Positions 43,181 to 59,637 of a stretch of 64,000 bases of DNA are shown here, piece by piece. The position numbers and the translations under genes were made by a program. Location: NCBI GenBank assembly GCA_951406725.2, contig OX597839.1, positions 40,672,001 through 40,736,000 on the forward strand, read 5' to 3'. The stretch comes from Octopus vulgaris (Eukaryota). Numbering within the stretch: position 1 is the first letter of the stretch; each line of letters opens with the position of its first letter. Below the pieces are notes generated by a model. It was not told the origin of the DNA, searched no databases, and saw only the letters and a program-made list of their open reading frames with translations.

Positions 43181-43986
43181 TTTCTATTGAAGTTTTTCCA
43201 TTGGTTTCTGAAGAAATTGGAATCAAGTGCAAGAAATTAGGCTTGAAACACATTCCATCAAACCTTATCTCTACTGGCCCAGAACCAAATAAAATATCGG
43301 GTGAATTTCGGATTCTTCAGAATGAAGAAAAGAACAAATACTATGGAACATAAAAACACAGGACGTGTGGCTGATGCCGGTGTTGATGGTAATGATGATA
43401 ATATTGATGATGATGATGATGATGATAATGATGAAGATGATGATGGTAGTGGTGATGGTGCTTGTGGTGGTTGGTGGTGGTGGTGGTGGTGGTGGCGGTG
43501 GTGTTGGTGGTGGTTCCACTGCTGCTGCTGCTACTACTGTAGCTGATGATGGTGGTCGTGATGATGATGATGATGATGATGATGATGGTATGATGATGGG
43601 GAGGAGGATGACGACGACGATGACGTTGGTGATAGTTGGTAGTAGTGCTGGTGCTGGTGGTGGTGGTGGTGTTGATGAGGAGGAGGAGTAGGATAATGGA
43701 GATGATGCTGGTGATGACGACGGTAACGATAGTGATGATGGTAATGATGATGATAGAAATAGTGACGTTGAGAACGATGATGTATTTCGTAGTCTCCTGA
43801 CCAACCCTGGGACCAACAAGACCTGCTTTTATAATGAAAAGCATGAGGCACACAACGCCCTTTTTTTTTTCAAGATTATATCTCCGACAACGTTATGGAA
43901 TGTCCTACTCTATATTTTCACCACAATTTGTCATTTGATATAGATTTAGCTACTATATCTAGCAGTTCAAACAAATATATTGAAAG
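43181..43986 (+). CDS. Possible two host exons (about 43181-43300 and 43875-43986), unknown product
   Basis: Phase-compatible open frames: SIEVFPLVSEEIGIKCKKLGLKHIPSNLISTGPEPNKIS ending at G|GTGAAT, and T10-CAAG acceptor then DYISDNVMECPTLYFHHNLSF...KYIE ending at AG|GTATTA. The first acceptor is weak. Confidence 0.2.
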
Positions 43987-44054
43987 GTATTACTGTTGTT
44001 ACCAATGGTTTTACATTATTATTATTGTTGTTGATGTTGTTGTTGTTATTATCA

Positions 44055-44140
<86 letters not shown>

Positions 44141-44141
<1 letters not shown>

Positions 44142-44693
44142 GAGTAAAAGAGCAGCGGATGCCATCAAAGTCACACTGGGCTACAAATGTACGAAGCCCA
44201 AGGTATCCATCATAACTACACGTCTGATAAGGGTACACCAGGCACATCACAGCCATATGTGTGCTACATGGTGATCTCATAAAAAGGTAAACAGCACATG
44301 ACCTTGCAGGTAGAGCCCAGTTAGAATTTTCTTCAGGTCGAGATAGCTCATCCTACTCAAAAGGTGCCTGGATAAGAGTTGTTTAAGGATGTTGAATGAA
44401 ACACCCATGTTTCCAGAGGTAGATTATTCAAACCCTCAAAGAATTCATATCAACACATGGCTATGATGCTCCCCCACTACCTCTGCTCGTGATCAGAGAT
44501 GCACATATCATCAGCCACTAAGGGACATGCTCAACTGGTTACGGTCAAACAATTGACAAGCAAATCTGTGGTATTGAGCAGAATATTTGCTGTAGCCCAT
44601 CTTTTATACCAAGACAAAACAATGTACACGACAACACTTCCAGCCAGCTAAGAACGAACACCATGAGAGCCAGTGCCAGGTATTGCATCATGG

Positions 44694-44695
<2 letters not shown>
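44141..44695 (-). mobile_element. About 550-bp (TAA)n-associated non-coding element
   Basis: Full-length copy between two (ATT)n tracts. Confidence 0.85.
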
Positions 44696-44741
<46 letters not shown>

Positions 44742-44750
44742 TATTATTAT

Positions 44751-45059
<309 letters not shown>

Positions 45060-45060
45060 A

Positions 45061-45191
<131 letters not shown>

Positions 45192-45290
45192 AATTATTAT
45201 TATTATTATTACATCTTGTTTACTGATGATGTTTCTGAAACCCTGCGGAGAACTGCAGTTCCAAGCGAAGATGGTTTTTGTAGTTGCTCT

Positions 45291-45356
<66 letters not shown>

Positions 45357-45432
45357 GAATATAGAGATACGAGCTAATGTACTTTTTATGTTATGCACAT
45401 TAAATGATATTTATCTCTCAATGGACAGAGTA

Positions 45433-45768
<336 letters not shown>

Positions 45769-46238
45769 TATATATATATATACATAATTCAGGTCCCATT
45801 ACAAATATAGAGTGTTCTTTAACAAATTATAACAAAGCATTGGAAATCGGAAATTTTCAGTTATAGTGTATACAGGGAAAGGTAAAAGCAGGATAACCAT
45901 TAGGTAATATAAATATAGAATCATGCAATTCTTATTCTTAAGAAAGCGTAGAAAAATTACGAAACAGTCTGCTAATACAAAAGAACTTTATACGTACGTT
46001 AGCCCAGCCCTGTGACTATGTGTTTATTTAAATATACATATATTATATTAATGTTTGTTTTAATGTCATGAGATATGTTAAGGCAATTCAACATTAAACT
46101 AAAGGATTATTCAAAGCTTTTTAGTACAGTACAGGTTTATTAAAATTACAAAAAGAATGGAGTTGATTGTGATTGTGAATTCGAAGTTCCTGGTTACTTA
46201 CCTTCGCCAGATTACATACATATGGATATATGGATCGG

Positions 46239-46327
<89 letters not shown>

Positions 46328-46364
46328 GATAGATAGATAGATTGATAGAAACAGATAGATAGAT

Positions 46365-46433
<69 letters not shown>

Positions 46434-46470
46434 TAAACATGCATTTATCTATGAACGTGTGAATATATAC

Positions 46471-46510
<40 letters not shown>

Positions 46511-46513
46511 ATG

Positions 46514-46780
<267 letters not shown>

Positions 46781-47263
46781 TGGCGGTGCCCCAGCATGGC
46801 CACAGCTCAAAAGCTGAAACTGGAAAAACAAAAAAACAAAAAACAAAAAAAACAATATAATGAGAGAGAGAGTGAAACAGAAAGAGATATATGCATATAT
46901 ACACCTTATATTTCTGTATACGGGTGCCTGGGTGCTGGTAAAGTAACTAAGAACGAGAAAGTGCTAAATAGTTTTAATAAACGTTACATTTGAACGTTCT
47001 TCCTTTTTTTTTTCTTTCGCACTTGATGTGTTTTAAGTTTTCCTCTGATAATTCTTTATCTTCTGTAGCGTATCATACATAAACGTGTGTGTGTATGTGT
47101 GAGTGTGTGTTTAAAGGTACTAGTTTAGTAATAAACATCAAATAACCTATTTCCTTTGTGCACATACACACACATATACTAGTTATACGCACACATATGT
47201 ATATACGTATATGTGTGTATATGTATGTATAAGTATATATACATATATGTTTGTATGCATCTA

Positions 47264-47376
<113 letters not shown>

Positions 47377-47526
47377 CGTACGTATTGGTACCCGGTGCAG
47401 GAATGTAGATGTTTCAATTCTGAGGCATTTTAAACATAGTTACATAAATACACTCACACACAAGCAAACTCACACAAATACACACTCACACAGGCATACA
47501 CACACACGCACACACACACATGTATC

Positions 47527-47569
<43 letters not shown>

Positions 47570-47887
47570 TGTAAGTATATGCACGTATATGATACATATG
47601 TTTGTGTATGATAGATACCTATATACATATATATATATAACATATATGTATGCATGTATACATACATTCATATATATACATACATACATACATACATACA
47701 CACGTACTTACGTACATAACCAGCCAATAAACAATTTAATACATTTACCACAAAGGATATAAGGGAATCAACTCATGTGTAACGGCAATAACAAGTCCAC
47801 GGGGGCGTGACAGGTTCGGTGTAAATCCCCTCACACACACACACACACACACTCACGTTGTATAATAAATGTATTTGTGCGTGAGTG

Positions 47888-47925
<38 letters not shown>

Positions 47926-48153
47926 CATATTATATATATATATATATGTACGTATGTATATATAATTAGATATATATATATATGTGTGTTTGTGTATGTA
48001 TATCTATGCCCATTTGCTTGTGTGTGTGTGTGTAAGTGTGTGTGTGTGTGTGAGTGTGTGTGTTTATTGGCTAATTTAACATTCATGGGTGGAGTTCGCT
48101 GAATTTTACCAAAATTTGTAAACAAAGATCGTTATCGCATTTTTTACAGACAT

Positions 48154-48195
<42 letters not shown>

Positions 48196-48971
48196 ATACA
48201 TATACATAAACACATACATAATAATATGAGTGCGTGTGCGTTCGTGTGGATATATGTATATACGCGCTAAGATATATGTAATTAATCATATATACATACA
48301 AACACATGTGTCTGTATATATCGTGCATGTGATTGTGTGTATTTCTGTATGCCTATATTTTTACAAAACTGTATGTATGTATATTCAAATCGTATCTTTA
48401 TATATGTATGTATATGTATAAATATGTATATGTAGCGTATATATACATACACACATAGATGCTAATATATATATTAGAGTAGATGAAACCTTTAGCGACT
48501 GAAGAAGGGTTTTTTTCTTTGTGTTAATTGTCCTGTATTCTATTTTTTTGTTGTTTTTAAATATATGTCCAGTTCCTTTGGTTTGTGTCTGTGTTTTCGT
48601 TTCTCATTGTGTTCGACGTCCTTTTGGTGTCCTGTACTCATATATGCGTGTATATGTACATGTAGAGGTAGGTACGTACATATATGTTTATATATATGCA
48701 TATGTTTTATTTTATTTATTAATATATATATATACACACATATATATAGAAACAGACGTACGTATATACACACACATATATGTATATACACGCGTACATG
48801 TTTCTTAAGATCATAGTCCGTATACTTGAGATGATCACAGTACAGTCCGAAGTAACCTTCGACAACGAGTAGATCATGTTCGTGCATTCATTTCTTCGGA
48901 CGATATATAGCAGCCCTTATATGCATATTCAAAACGTCTCTCGCAAACGAACGTAACGTATATATGCACAG

Positions 48972-49016
<45 letters not shown>

Positions 49017-49018
<2 letters not shown>

Positions 49019-49197
49019 TAATCCGAACAAGAAAACAAAAACAAAAAAACAACAACGCAAAGACGTGGAACAAAAATAGTATTATTGAACGCTCAGGAAA
49101 GAAGGGAAAAAGGGGGGTTCGACGTTTCGAGCGGAGCTCTTCGTCGGAAACATAGGAGAAGGAAAGATCCAGAGAAGGGAAGACAGAGGAAAAAATC
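49017..49197 (-). mobile_element. (TA)n-anchored repeat family, copy 3
   Basis: Direct similarity to 11069-11278; contains hammerhead 49117-49151. Confidence 0.85.
49117..49151 (-). ncRNA. Minimal type I hammerhead, U4C variant
   Basis: Minus strand GTTT-CCGACGA-A-GAGC(TCC)GCTC-GAAA-CG-TC-GAAC; GTC site. Confidence 0.68.
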
Positions 49198-49224
49198 ATA
49201 TATATACATATATATATATATATT

Positions 49225-49526
49225 GGTAAGAACGGTAAGATAACAAAAGAAAGAAAGAGACCTCAATATTATGTAAATAGAGGAAATTTATCTATAAAAT
49301 AATATGTTACAATTACTCAATAGTCAAGATAAAACTCTGAGTTTCAGATGCCGAAGTGGAAATCCACAACACCATCTCTTCGGTTATCTGGCTATATAAT
49401 GGTATTTTTTTTTTCATAGCGTTTTTTCAGATGGCCAGATAACCGAAGAGATGGTGTTGTGGATTTCCACTTCGGCATCTGAAACTCAGAGTTTTATCTT
49501 GACTACTAAGTAATTGTAACACATTA
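49225..49526. mobile_element. Fold-back element carrying two inverted hammerheads
   Basis: Arms 49300-49392 and 49434-49526; (TA)n flanks. Confidence 0.78.
49437..49499 (+). ncRNA. Type I hammerhead, U4C variant (inverted copy at 49327-49389)
   Basis: AGATAA-CCGAAGA-GATG(...GTGGATTTCCAC...)CATC-T-GAAA-CTCAGAG-TT-TTATCT. Confidence 0.68.
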
Positions 49527-49573
49527 TTATATATATATATATATAACTTAAAATTGAATAGAAGATCTGAATA

Positions 49574-49619
49574 CCACCTGATGAATGTCCTTAGAAGAGA
49601 CACGAAACAATTGTAGTGG
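49574..49619 (+). ncRNA. Type I hammerhead ribozyme
   Basis: CCAC-CTGATGA-ATGTC(CTTAGAAGA)GACAC-GAAA-CAATTG-TA-GTGG; palindromic stem III; A-C mismatch at the base of stem II. Confidence 0.72.
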
Positions 49620-49805
49620 CGAATTTAATTTTATTTAATTTATATAAATTTTTTTATGTATTGGATTAAGTCTTTCTTTGTTTGATTTGCATAATAGTGG
49701 TTTTGTCTCTAATTAATATTATATAATATTTTACTATAAAATTGGATTCAGTCCTAAATCTGATTTTTCCCTGTAAATTTGGATTTATTCCCTAATATTT
49801 ATTAT

Positions 49806-49861
<56 letters not shown>

Positions 49862-49899
49862 TACTTATGTTTATGCATTGATTTGAGCTATCGTCAGCA

Positions 49900-51345
49900 A
49901 CAAATGGTCGTTCGTCCTGAAAAGGCTAACAGAATTAGATTACTTAAGATTTAGCAAGCTCCTAACAACTGAAAACAAAGCAAGTTTGTTTTAGTATCGT
50001 AGCAGATGCACGTAATAAAGTCATCCTTGCTGACGTGGTTGCGGTGAGATGGGACCTCGAGCAATTCTTTTAACTCGAAGCAGTAAAGTTGCGTTGACAT
50101 ACCTAAGGCATTTGCTCTATGACATATAAGAACAAAATCTGTTCGATTGATCTGAGTGTCGGAGGCGCAACGAGGCAAACCAGCTGTTCTTTGTCAAACC
50201 GTGATGGACATATGCTACTCGACTCCAAGACGATGAGCATCGCTTCTTAGGGACGAATCGCGGGCCAAAACACTGGACGGGTAACATCCGTAGAAATACA
50301 TCAGTAATGGTTGTCTGCCCAGGTTTCAAATCGCCGGGTTTGGTTGCCCTGCCCCACGAGCGTTATTTTTATACGTCAGATTTTTTTTTCAATTTCATTT
50401 ATTTATTTGTTTATTTTGCGATGTCGTGGCAGATATCTACCTCAACTGGTCGTAGGGCCAGAGAATTCTCAGTTTTTTGAGATAGGAATTGTGGCACTAC
50501 AAAGAAAGGACCCAAACAAAAAAGATTACATTGGTACTTTTCGTCGCTAAGTTCTGTAAAGCAGCTTTTAAAATCTTGGCCTAGTTCTTAGTAAAAAGGT
50601 TGCTTGCAATAATGATTTTATATGGGAAGCACTCCGTCGGTTACGACGACGAGGGTTCCGGTTGATCCGAATCAACGGAACAGACTGCTCGTGAAATTAA
50701 CGTGTAAGTGGCTGAGCACTCCACAGACACGTGTACCCTTAACGTAGTTCTCGGGGATATTCAGCGTGACACAGAGAGTGACAAGGCCGGCCCTTTGAAA
50801 TACTGGTACAACAGAAAGAGGAAGTAAGAGTGAGAGAAAGTTGTGGTGAAAGAGTACAGCAGAGATCACCACCATCCCCTGCCAGAGCCTCGTGAAGCTT
50901 TTAGGTGTTTTCGCTCAATAAACACTCACAACGCCCGGTCTGGGAATCGAAACCGCGATCTTACGACCGCGAGTCCGCTGCCCTAACCACTGGGCCATTG
51001 CGCCTCCACAATGATCTCATATGTGAGGACTGTGGCTGATGAGGCATAGACATGCGCTGAGGCTGCGACATTTCCAGCATTCCATGACGTAGAGCAAGCG
51101 TGATCTCTGTTTGTCAAACTCTCTTTTCTGCATATTGTCTCTTTGAGCAACAGTCCTGCGTCAAGCGTAAACCGAAGCAGTACGCTGGGCACCTGAAGTA
51201 TTGCCAGGTACTCACAACCCTCTGCCATTCGTGCACTGCAGTCGGTAGAAGTATTACAGAGTTGTATCGAGTGCTATAGGGGTTTAGTAGCAAACTAGAG
51301 AAACGACATGTTTGTGGTGACCCTGGGTTTCGCCGAGAATCAATT
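49900..51345 (+). mobile_element. Old L1/Tx1-like ORF2 fragments interrupted by a SINE
   Basis: From 51030 LWLMRHRHALRLRHF...QSCVKRKPK aligns by eye with the 42430-42630 peptide. The 50090-50260 stretch (EAQRG...RDGHMLL) may be an upstream linker; that part is weaker. Confidence 0.5.
50624..51007 (-). mobile_element. SINE family C, full length (tRNA-derived)
   Basis: Minus strand GGAGGCGCAATGGCCCAGTGGTTAGGGCAGCGGACTCGCGGTCG...GTTTCGATTCC; 3' hairpin tail. Confidence 0.88.
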
Positions 51346-51567
51346 AGCAGGTGTGAATCGAGCTGACAGAATCGTTGGGACGGTACGCTATATATTTTGT
51401 GGCATTTCCATCGTCTTTACCTTCCTAGTTCGAATTCCACAAGGTCGAATTTGTCTTTCGTCATTTCGGGGTCGATAAAATAAGTACCAGTTGTAGACTG
51501 GAGTCGATGAAACCGACTTGCACCTACCCAAAACCTTTCACGCCGTATACCTATAGTAGAAAGGATC

Positions 51568-51622
<55 letters not shown>

Positions 51623-51694
51623 GTAGTAGTAGTCACGAATAAATTACAAGTAACAAACAAAACAACTAATACTACTACTTCAACTACTATTACA

Positions 51695-51729
<35 letters not shown>

Positions 51730-51814
51730 AACTACTAATAATAATAATATTAATAATAATAATGATAATAATAATAATAATAATAATATTAATTGTAATA
51801 ATTATAAAAATATG

Positions 51815-51848
<34 letters not shown>

Positions 51849-52042
51849 ACACTACAACTACTACTGCTACTGTTACTAGTATTTAAATCTTTTGACCAAT
51901 CAGCATTGCTAGAATGTCGACTTACGTAAGCAGTGAAACGAGTAGGAGGGGTTCACATATTCGCGTTGGCATGTTATGTTGGTATGTAGAAATATGTGTG
52001 TATATAAAAGTGTGAGTGTATATGAGTGTGTGTGTGTCTAAG

Positions 52043-52095
<53 letters not shown>

Positions 52096-52116
52096 CGTAT
52101 ATATATATATATAACG

Positions 52117-52187
<71 letters not shown>

Positions 52188-52324
52188 ATGTGTGTATTTA
52201 TGGATATATATATATGTATGTATATGTGTGTATTTATGGATATATATGTGTGTGTATATATATATATATATTTATACACATTATCACTTACTGGGTTGGA
52301 CCCACACCCCTAACTTTCTTGGAG

Positions 52325-52390
<66 letters not shown>

Positions 52391-52535
52391 GTATATATAT
52401 ATATATATAATGATAAATATCAAAGTGAGTTATATACAGTAGCGGTAACAGGAGGAGTGTGTCCTCCTGGGGCTAAAAACTACAGTAGCATCCACCCTTA
52501 GGGGTTAGCCATATTGAAATGGCAAAAATACGTCA

Positions 52536-52577
<42 letters not shown>

Positions 52578-52741
52578 GTACATATATATACATATACGCA
52601 TATATATATAAATATATATATGAATATACATATATATATATTCATAAATAATATATATGTATGTATATATATACATATATATACATATACATGTATATAT
52701 ATATTATATTTTATACATATATTCACACATATATACGCATA

Positions 52742-52778
<37 letters not shown>

Positions 52779-53384
52779 ACATACGCATATAGACACACGT
52801 AGACACTGGGGCAGTTGCCGAGCTACAAGGATATATGTTTACAGGTATGTGTATATGTGATTCTGGGAGGTATTATTTAATACCGTCTTCTTAATATTTA
52901 AAATATTTAAAGAAAACGAAATGGTGTCAACTTCAGAAAAGTGAAGTCATTATTAAAATTGTTCTTGCTGTTGTTGTTAGCTTATTTTTTTGAACTCGTT
53001 ATCAGTTTTCGTTATCGCTGTTGTTATGGCTATCATTATTGCTGTTTTTGTTGTTTTCTTCTGGCTATTGTTGTTGTTGTTGTTGTTGATGATGATGATG
53101 ATAATGATGATGATGATGATGATGATATGATGATGATGATGATGATGATTATCATTATCATTATCATCATGAATTTATTGTTGTTGAAGGTCATAGGAAA
53201 ACTGCTGCTACCATATCTTTAAAGAAAAGTACTAGGTTTACAAAGAATAAGACTTGAAATGACTGAAACAAGTGAAAAAGAGAAAAGAAAAAGAGTAAAA
53301 GAGACCATTTGATTTGATCCTCCAGGACTCTTTACTGAAAATTATGACTAAAAATCCATCAGGAATTCCTTACGGTGCACCCTT

Positions 53385-53449
<65 letters not shown>

Positions 53450-53644
53450 ACTTAAAGTAAGGGCAAAAATTGATAAAACCATATATGGTTATGGACAATA
53501 TGTTCAATTTCGGCATATTTGGCATGAGAAATTTTTTCGTTTGCCCTTATTTATAAGTTGTTTATAATTTTAACCTTTAAAGGTATTTTTTAATATGCTG
53601 GCCATTGATAAAATTTTTTTCGAAAAAATTTTATCCTACATTAA

Positions 53645-53705
<61 letters not shown>

Positions 53706-53961
53706 TGTGCGTGCGTGTGTGTGTATATTGGTAGTGTGGTAGTGATGTTACGGTTGGTGTATCGGCGTGTGGGTGTGTGGTTGTGAATGAGTAAAATTTT
53801 AAAGATGGTCTTCCAACAAGGTATTTACCCAGAATATTCTGGATGATTGACTTAAAGTGCTTTCTCCATATATCAAATGTATGTACATATATATCTATGT
53901 ATGTATATAGGTACGTATGCATTTGTGTATTATATACATATATGTACATATATATACATAG

Positions 53962-54007
<46 letters not shown>

Positions 54008-54087
54008 GCACGCAGATGCTTGCACACACATATATACCTACATAGATGTAAGTAGGCGGGCAGACAGGCACATAGAATGATAGAATG

Positions 54088-54147
<60 letters not shown>

Positions 54148-54513
54148 TTGTATATATGTATATATATATACATACATATATATACATATATATAAAGAGA
54201 GAGAGATACATAGATACATACATATATACATACATACATAGATGGGTATGTGTGTGCTTGTGTGTATGAGAGAGTGAGTGTATATGCTTTCTACGGAGTG
54301 GCCCCAATGGCACTCGAAACTGATGATCTCAACGTTATGGTATTCATAATTACAGCCTGCATAACTATGCTAAGTACTTCCTTGAATAATGTTCTTCTTG
54401 TTTTCATAACTATGAATATATTCATCATTTCAGTTAAGCATAGCGTTAGTAATAGTTGTTGGTTAGAATTCAATATATCCATGCTTTAAAATAAAACGAT
54501 AGGAAAGTACATA

Positions 54514-54935
54514 GGCGCAGGAGTGGCTGTGTGGTAAGTAGCTTGCTAACCAACCACATGGTTCCGGGTTCAGTCACACTGCGTGGCATCTTGGGCAAGT
54601 GTCTTCTGCTATAGTCCCGGGCCGACCAATGCCTTGTGAGTGGATTTGGTAGACGGAAACTGAAAGAAGCCTGTCGTATATATGTATATATATATATATA
54701 TATAAGTGTGTGTGTATATGTTTGTGTGTCTGTCTTTGTCCCCCTAGCATTGCTTGACAACCGATGCTGGTGTGCTTACGTCCCCGTCACTTAGTGGTTC
54801 GGCAAAAGAGACCGATAGAATAAGTACTGGGCTTACAAGGAATAAGTCCCGGAGTTCGATTTGCTCGACTAAAACGCGGTGCTCCAGCATGGCCGCAGTC
54901 AAATGACTGAAACAAGTAAAAGAGTAAAGAGTAAA
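54514..54935 (+). mobile_element. SINE family A (tRNA-like head, internal microsatellite, (AGTAAA)n tail)
   Basis: A-box-like TGGCTGTGTGG, B-box-like GGTTCAGTC, CORE-like TTGGGCAAGT; multiple copies in the window. Confidence 0.88.
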
Positions 54936-55114
54936 TAGAATGTAATTTCATTGAATGTATGTCAAAAGAACAAATGTTACGTAATTACTTTCATTAGCTT
55001 ACAATTATAAGATAATGAATATAAATAAAAAATATAATTAGAAGCTATAAGATGCCGCACGAACACTCACCTTTGAATGCAAGTTTGTTATGGCAGGGGC
55101 AACTGCTACATATA

Positions 55115-55375
55115 TATGGCGGATTAAATTCCCGAGATCCATGGACGAGTTCTCTCCAATGATCTTTGTCCCTCATCATCGTTGTGTCTCCCAGAGGCCA
55201 TTGTCTGTCCTTAGAGCATCAACACATGTCACCCTCTGTCTGGAGCACTGAGTCCAGTGTCAACTCTGAATGGCGGTGAGCATGTTCAGGTAACCACAGT
55301 CTCCTCTGCGTTATTTCGAGCCATTTGGAGGCTTTCGTACAGACCTGAGTTCTTCATCCTCAGTGTATGTTGATT
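55115..55375 (-). mobile_element. Decayed RTE-like LINE 3' fragment
   Basis: Minus strand EITQRRLWLPEHAHRHSEL...VDALRTDNGL...MMRDKDHWRELV, resembling the RRLxLAGHxxRH / DRxxWR C-terminus. Confidence 0.6.
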
Positions 55376-55394
55376 ATATATAGGCACGTATAAA

Positions 55395-55455
55395 TACATA
55401 CATGCATACATACATACACACATACTTACACACATACATAAATACATACATACAT

Positions 55456-55486
<31 letters not shown>

Positions 55487-55720
55487 TACATACATACATA
55501 CATACATACATACATACAAACATACATACATACATGCATGCATGCATACATACATACATACATACATACATACATACATACATACACACATACATACATA
55601 CATACATACATACATACATACATACATACATACATACGTACGTACATACATACATACATATGTACATATACATACACATATACATACATACATACATACA
55701 TACATACATTCATACATTCA

Positions 55721-55752
<32 letters not shown>

Positions 55753-55833
55753 CATACACATATACATACATACATACATACATACATACATACATACATA
55801 CATACATACATACATACATACATACATACATAC
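55395..55833. repeat. (CATA)n array
   Basis: Direct reading. Confidence 0.95.
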
Positions 55834-56041
55834 GAGTTGGCGGAAACGTTAGCACGCCTAGTGAAATGCAGTTACGTTCTGAGTTCAAATTCCGCCGATG
55901 TCGACTTTCGGAGTCGATAAATTAAGTACAAGCTACGCACTGGGGTCGATGTAATCGACTTCATCCCTTTGACTGTCCTTGTTTGTCCCTTCTATGTTTG
56001 GTCCCTTGTGGGCAATAAAGAAAGAAAATATTTATATATTA

Positions 56042-56249
56042 TTTTACTCTTTAACTTGTTTCAGTCATTTGACTGCGGCCATGCTGGAGTACCGCTTTTA
56101 GTCGAGCAAATCGACCCCGGGACTTTTTCTTTGTAAGCCCAGTACTTATTCTATCGGTCTCTTTTGCCGAACCGCTAAGTGACGGGGACGTAAACACACC
56201 AGCATCGGTTGTCAAGCAATGCTAGGGGGACAAACACAGACACACACAT

Positions 56250-56284
<35 letters not shown>

Positions 56285-56447
56285 CGACAGGCTTCTTTCA
56301 GTTTCCGTCTACCAAATCCACTCGCAAGGCATTGGTCGGCCCGGGGCTATAGCAGAAGACAGTTGCCCAAGATGCCACGCAGTGGGACTGAACCCGGAAC
56401 CATGTGGCTGGTTAGCAAGCTACTTACCACACAGCCACTCCTGCGCC
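56042..56447 (-). mobile_element. SINE family A
   Basis: Reverse complement of 54514-54935. Confidence 0.88.
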
Positions 56448-56581
56448 TATATGGATAAATTTGGTATAACCCCTTAAAGGGGGCATAGGTTGTATATTAA
56501 GTGGGAACGAAATATATGTTAATAAACTCTGGATAATTGTTAGGAGGTGTAGAGATAAATAATAAATAGTAAATAGCAATT

Positions 56582-56620
<39 letters not shown>

Positions 56621-57350
56621 TATTAATGTTAGGGTCAATATATTTATAGTTTATTATTATAGATGTTAGTAATAAGTAGAAATTATTAATAGTCAAAATA
56701 TTTATCCAATAGATTCATTAAATATTCGCTTAGATTTAGAGGTGTGCCAATTAATAAGTAAAAAATCAAAATGGAATAGAATTATAGATGTGCATGTATA
56801 TGTGCGTGAATATTTGAATGTGTACTTATAAATATAAATAGGTTAGGACACTTGTATATGGATGGATACATTAATTATCTAATCTTACATACGACTTTAT
56901 ACAAATTCACACGCATATTTATAATAAATATATGTTAATATCTATGGAGTAATTACATGCGGAAAAATTATATAAATACGTAATTGTATAATTAATATAT
57001 TAATATTTATATTTATACACAAAAGTACCTATATTCAAAAAGATTTCGATAAAACAATAAATAAGTGTCGATTATGAAAAAAAATGAATTTATAATACGT
57101 ACTTACATTTGTTAAAGTACACTGACAAACACAATAAAGGGTGGGAAAAAATTGCGAGAGCCTCTAGATTTACCAAGCTTTCTTGAAAGCAACGGTGCAA
57201 TAGGATTGAACTTGGAACAATGGGATTAATGTGTCTGAGTAATATTCATTGTTAGACCAGTGCAGTCGGGTTTTAGTTTTATGCGTTGTTCTGTGAAGAA
57301 CGAGCCATGTTCTAGAAGCTCTTATTATCAATGGAGCTGCTTAATTGTTC

Positions 57351-58091
<741 letters not shown>

Positions 58092-58099
58092 TTAATAAT

Positions 58100-58304
<205 letters not shown>

Positions 58305-58497
58305 CTAAACTAAAATCAGAAACCAATTGGTCCAGGAAACTAAATGGTAAAATGCATTTTTTTATTTTTCATTTCGTTCCTGTCGAATTTTACCCCTAAT
58401 TTTTTGTGGTTATAGAACCTAGCTGTTCTTTCTAGCGTGTTGAATATAATGAGTGGATTCCTCATGTGTTTAAATGTACACTGTATCTTATATATAC

Positions 58498-58529
<32 letters not shown>

Positions 58530-58584
58530 ATACGTATACACATACACACACATAAACACACGCACAGCATATACACACATAATT

Positions 58585-58621
<37 letters not shown>

Positions 58622-58814
58622 GCAGAGAGGGAAAATGTACGCGTTCGGATATTATATTATTAAATCGAAATAAAATATATTTAACTAAATTATATTTTTA
58701 ACTTCAAAAACCGAAATCATTTCTTCGTCCTCCTTTCTTCGAAGTTCCTCGTCAATGCGTCAATTGCTATCTTTCCCCTTTTGTGTGGCTCCATTTCATA
58801 GCATTCTTCCTCTT

Positions 58815-59466
58815 ATTGTTGTTGTTGTTGCTGTTGTTGTCGTCGTTGCCGGTGTAGTTATTGTTGCTGTTCTTCTTTTTCTTTTTCTTCTTCTTTTTCT
58901 TCATCTTCTTCTTCTTCTTCTTCTTCTTCTTCTTCTTCTTCTTCTTCTTCTTCTTCTATTTCTTCTTTTTCTTCTTCTCCTCCTCCTCCTCCTCATCATC
59001 ATCACCATCATCATATTCTTCTTCTTCTTCTTCTTCTTTTTCTTCTTCTTTTTTTCTTCTTCTTCTTCTTCATCTTCTTCTTCTTCTTCTTCTTCTTCTT
59101 CTATTTCTTCTTTTTCTTCTTCTCCTCCTCCTCCTCCTCCTCCTCATCATCATCATCATATTCTTCTTCTTCTTCTTCTTTTTTTCTTCTTCTTTTCTTC
59201 TTCCTTTTTTCTTCTTCTTTTTCTTCTTTTTTCTTCTTCTACTTCATCTTCTTCTTTTTTTCTTCTCCTTCTTCTACTTCATCTTCTTCTTCTTCTTCTT
59301 CTTCTTCTTCTTGTCGTCGTCGTTCTCTATAACATTGTTTTCGTCTCCATGATCACCGTTGCCATCGTAATGGTCAAAATCGTTGTTCTCCTTGTCGTGG
59401 CCACCGTTATCTTCGTCAACGTCACCGTCAGGATTATTATGGCTATCATCATCATCATCATCATCG

Positions 59467-59498
<32 letters not shown>

Positions 59499-59559
59499 AT
59501 CGTCGTCATCATCATCATCATCCTCATCATCATCATCATCATCATCGTCGTCGTCGTCG

Positions 59560-59637
<78 letters not shown>

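Noticed and set aside
44660-44695. Possible HDV-like ribozyme at the 5' end of the TAA element
   Set aside because: Only a 7-bp P1-like helix is visible; P3, P1.1 and P2 could not be assigned.
54291-54484. Minus-strand 63-aa ORF preceded by an acceptor-like site
   Set aside because: No recognisable domain or partner exon.
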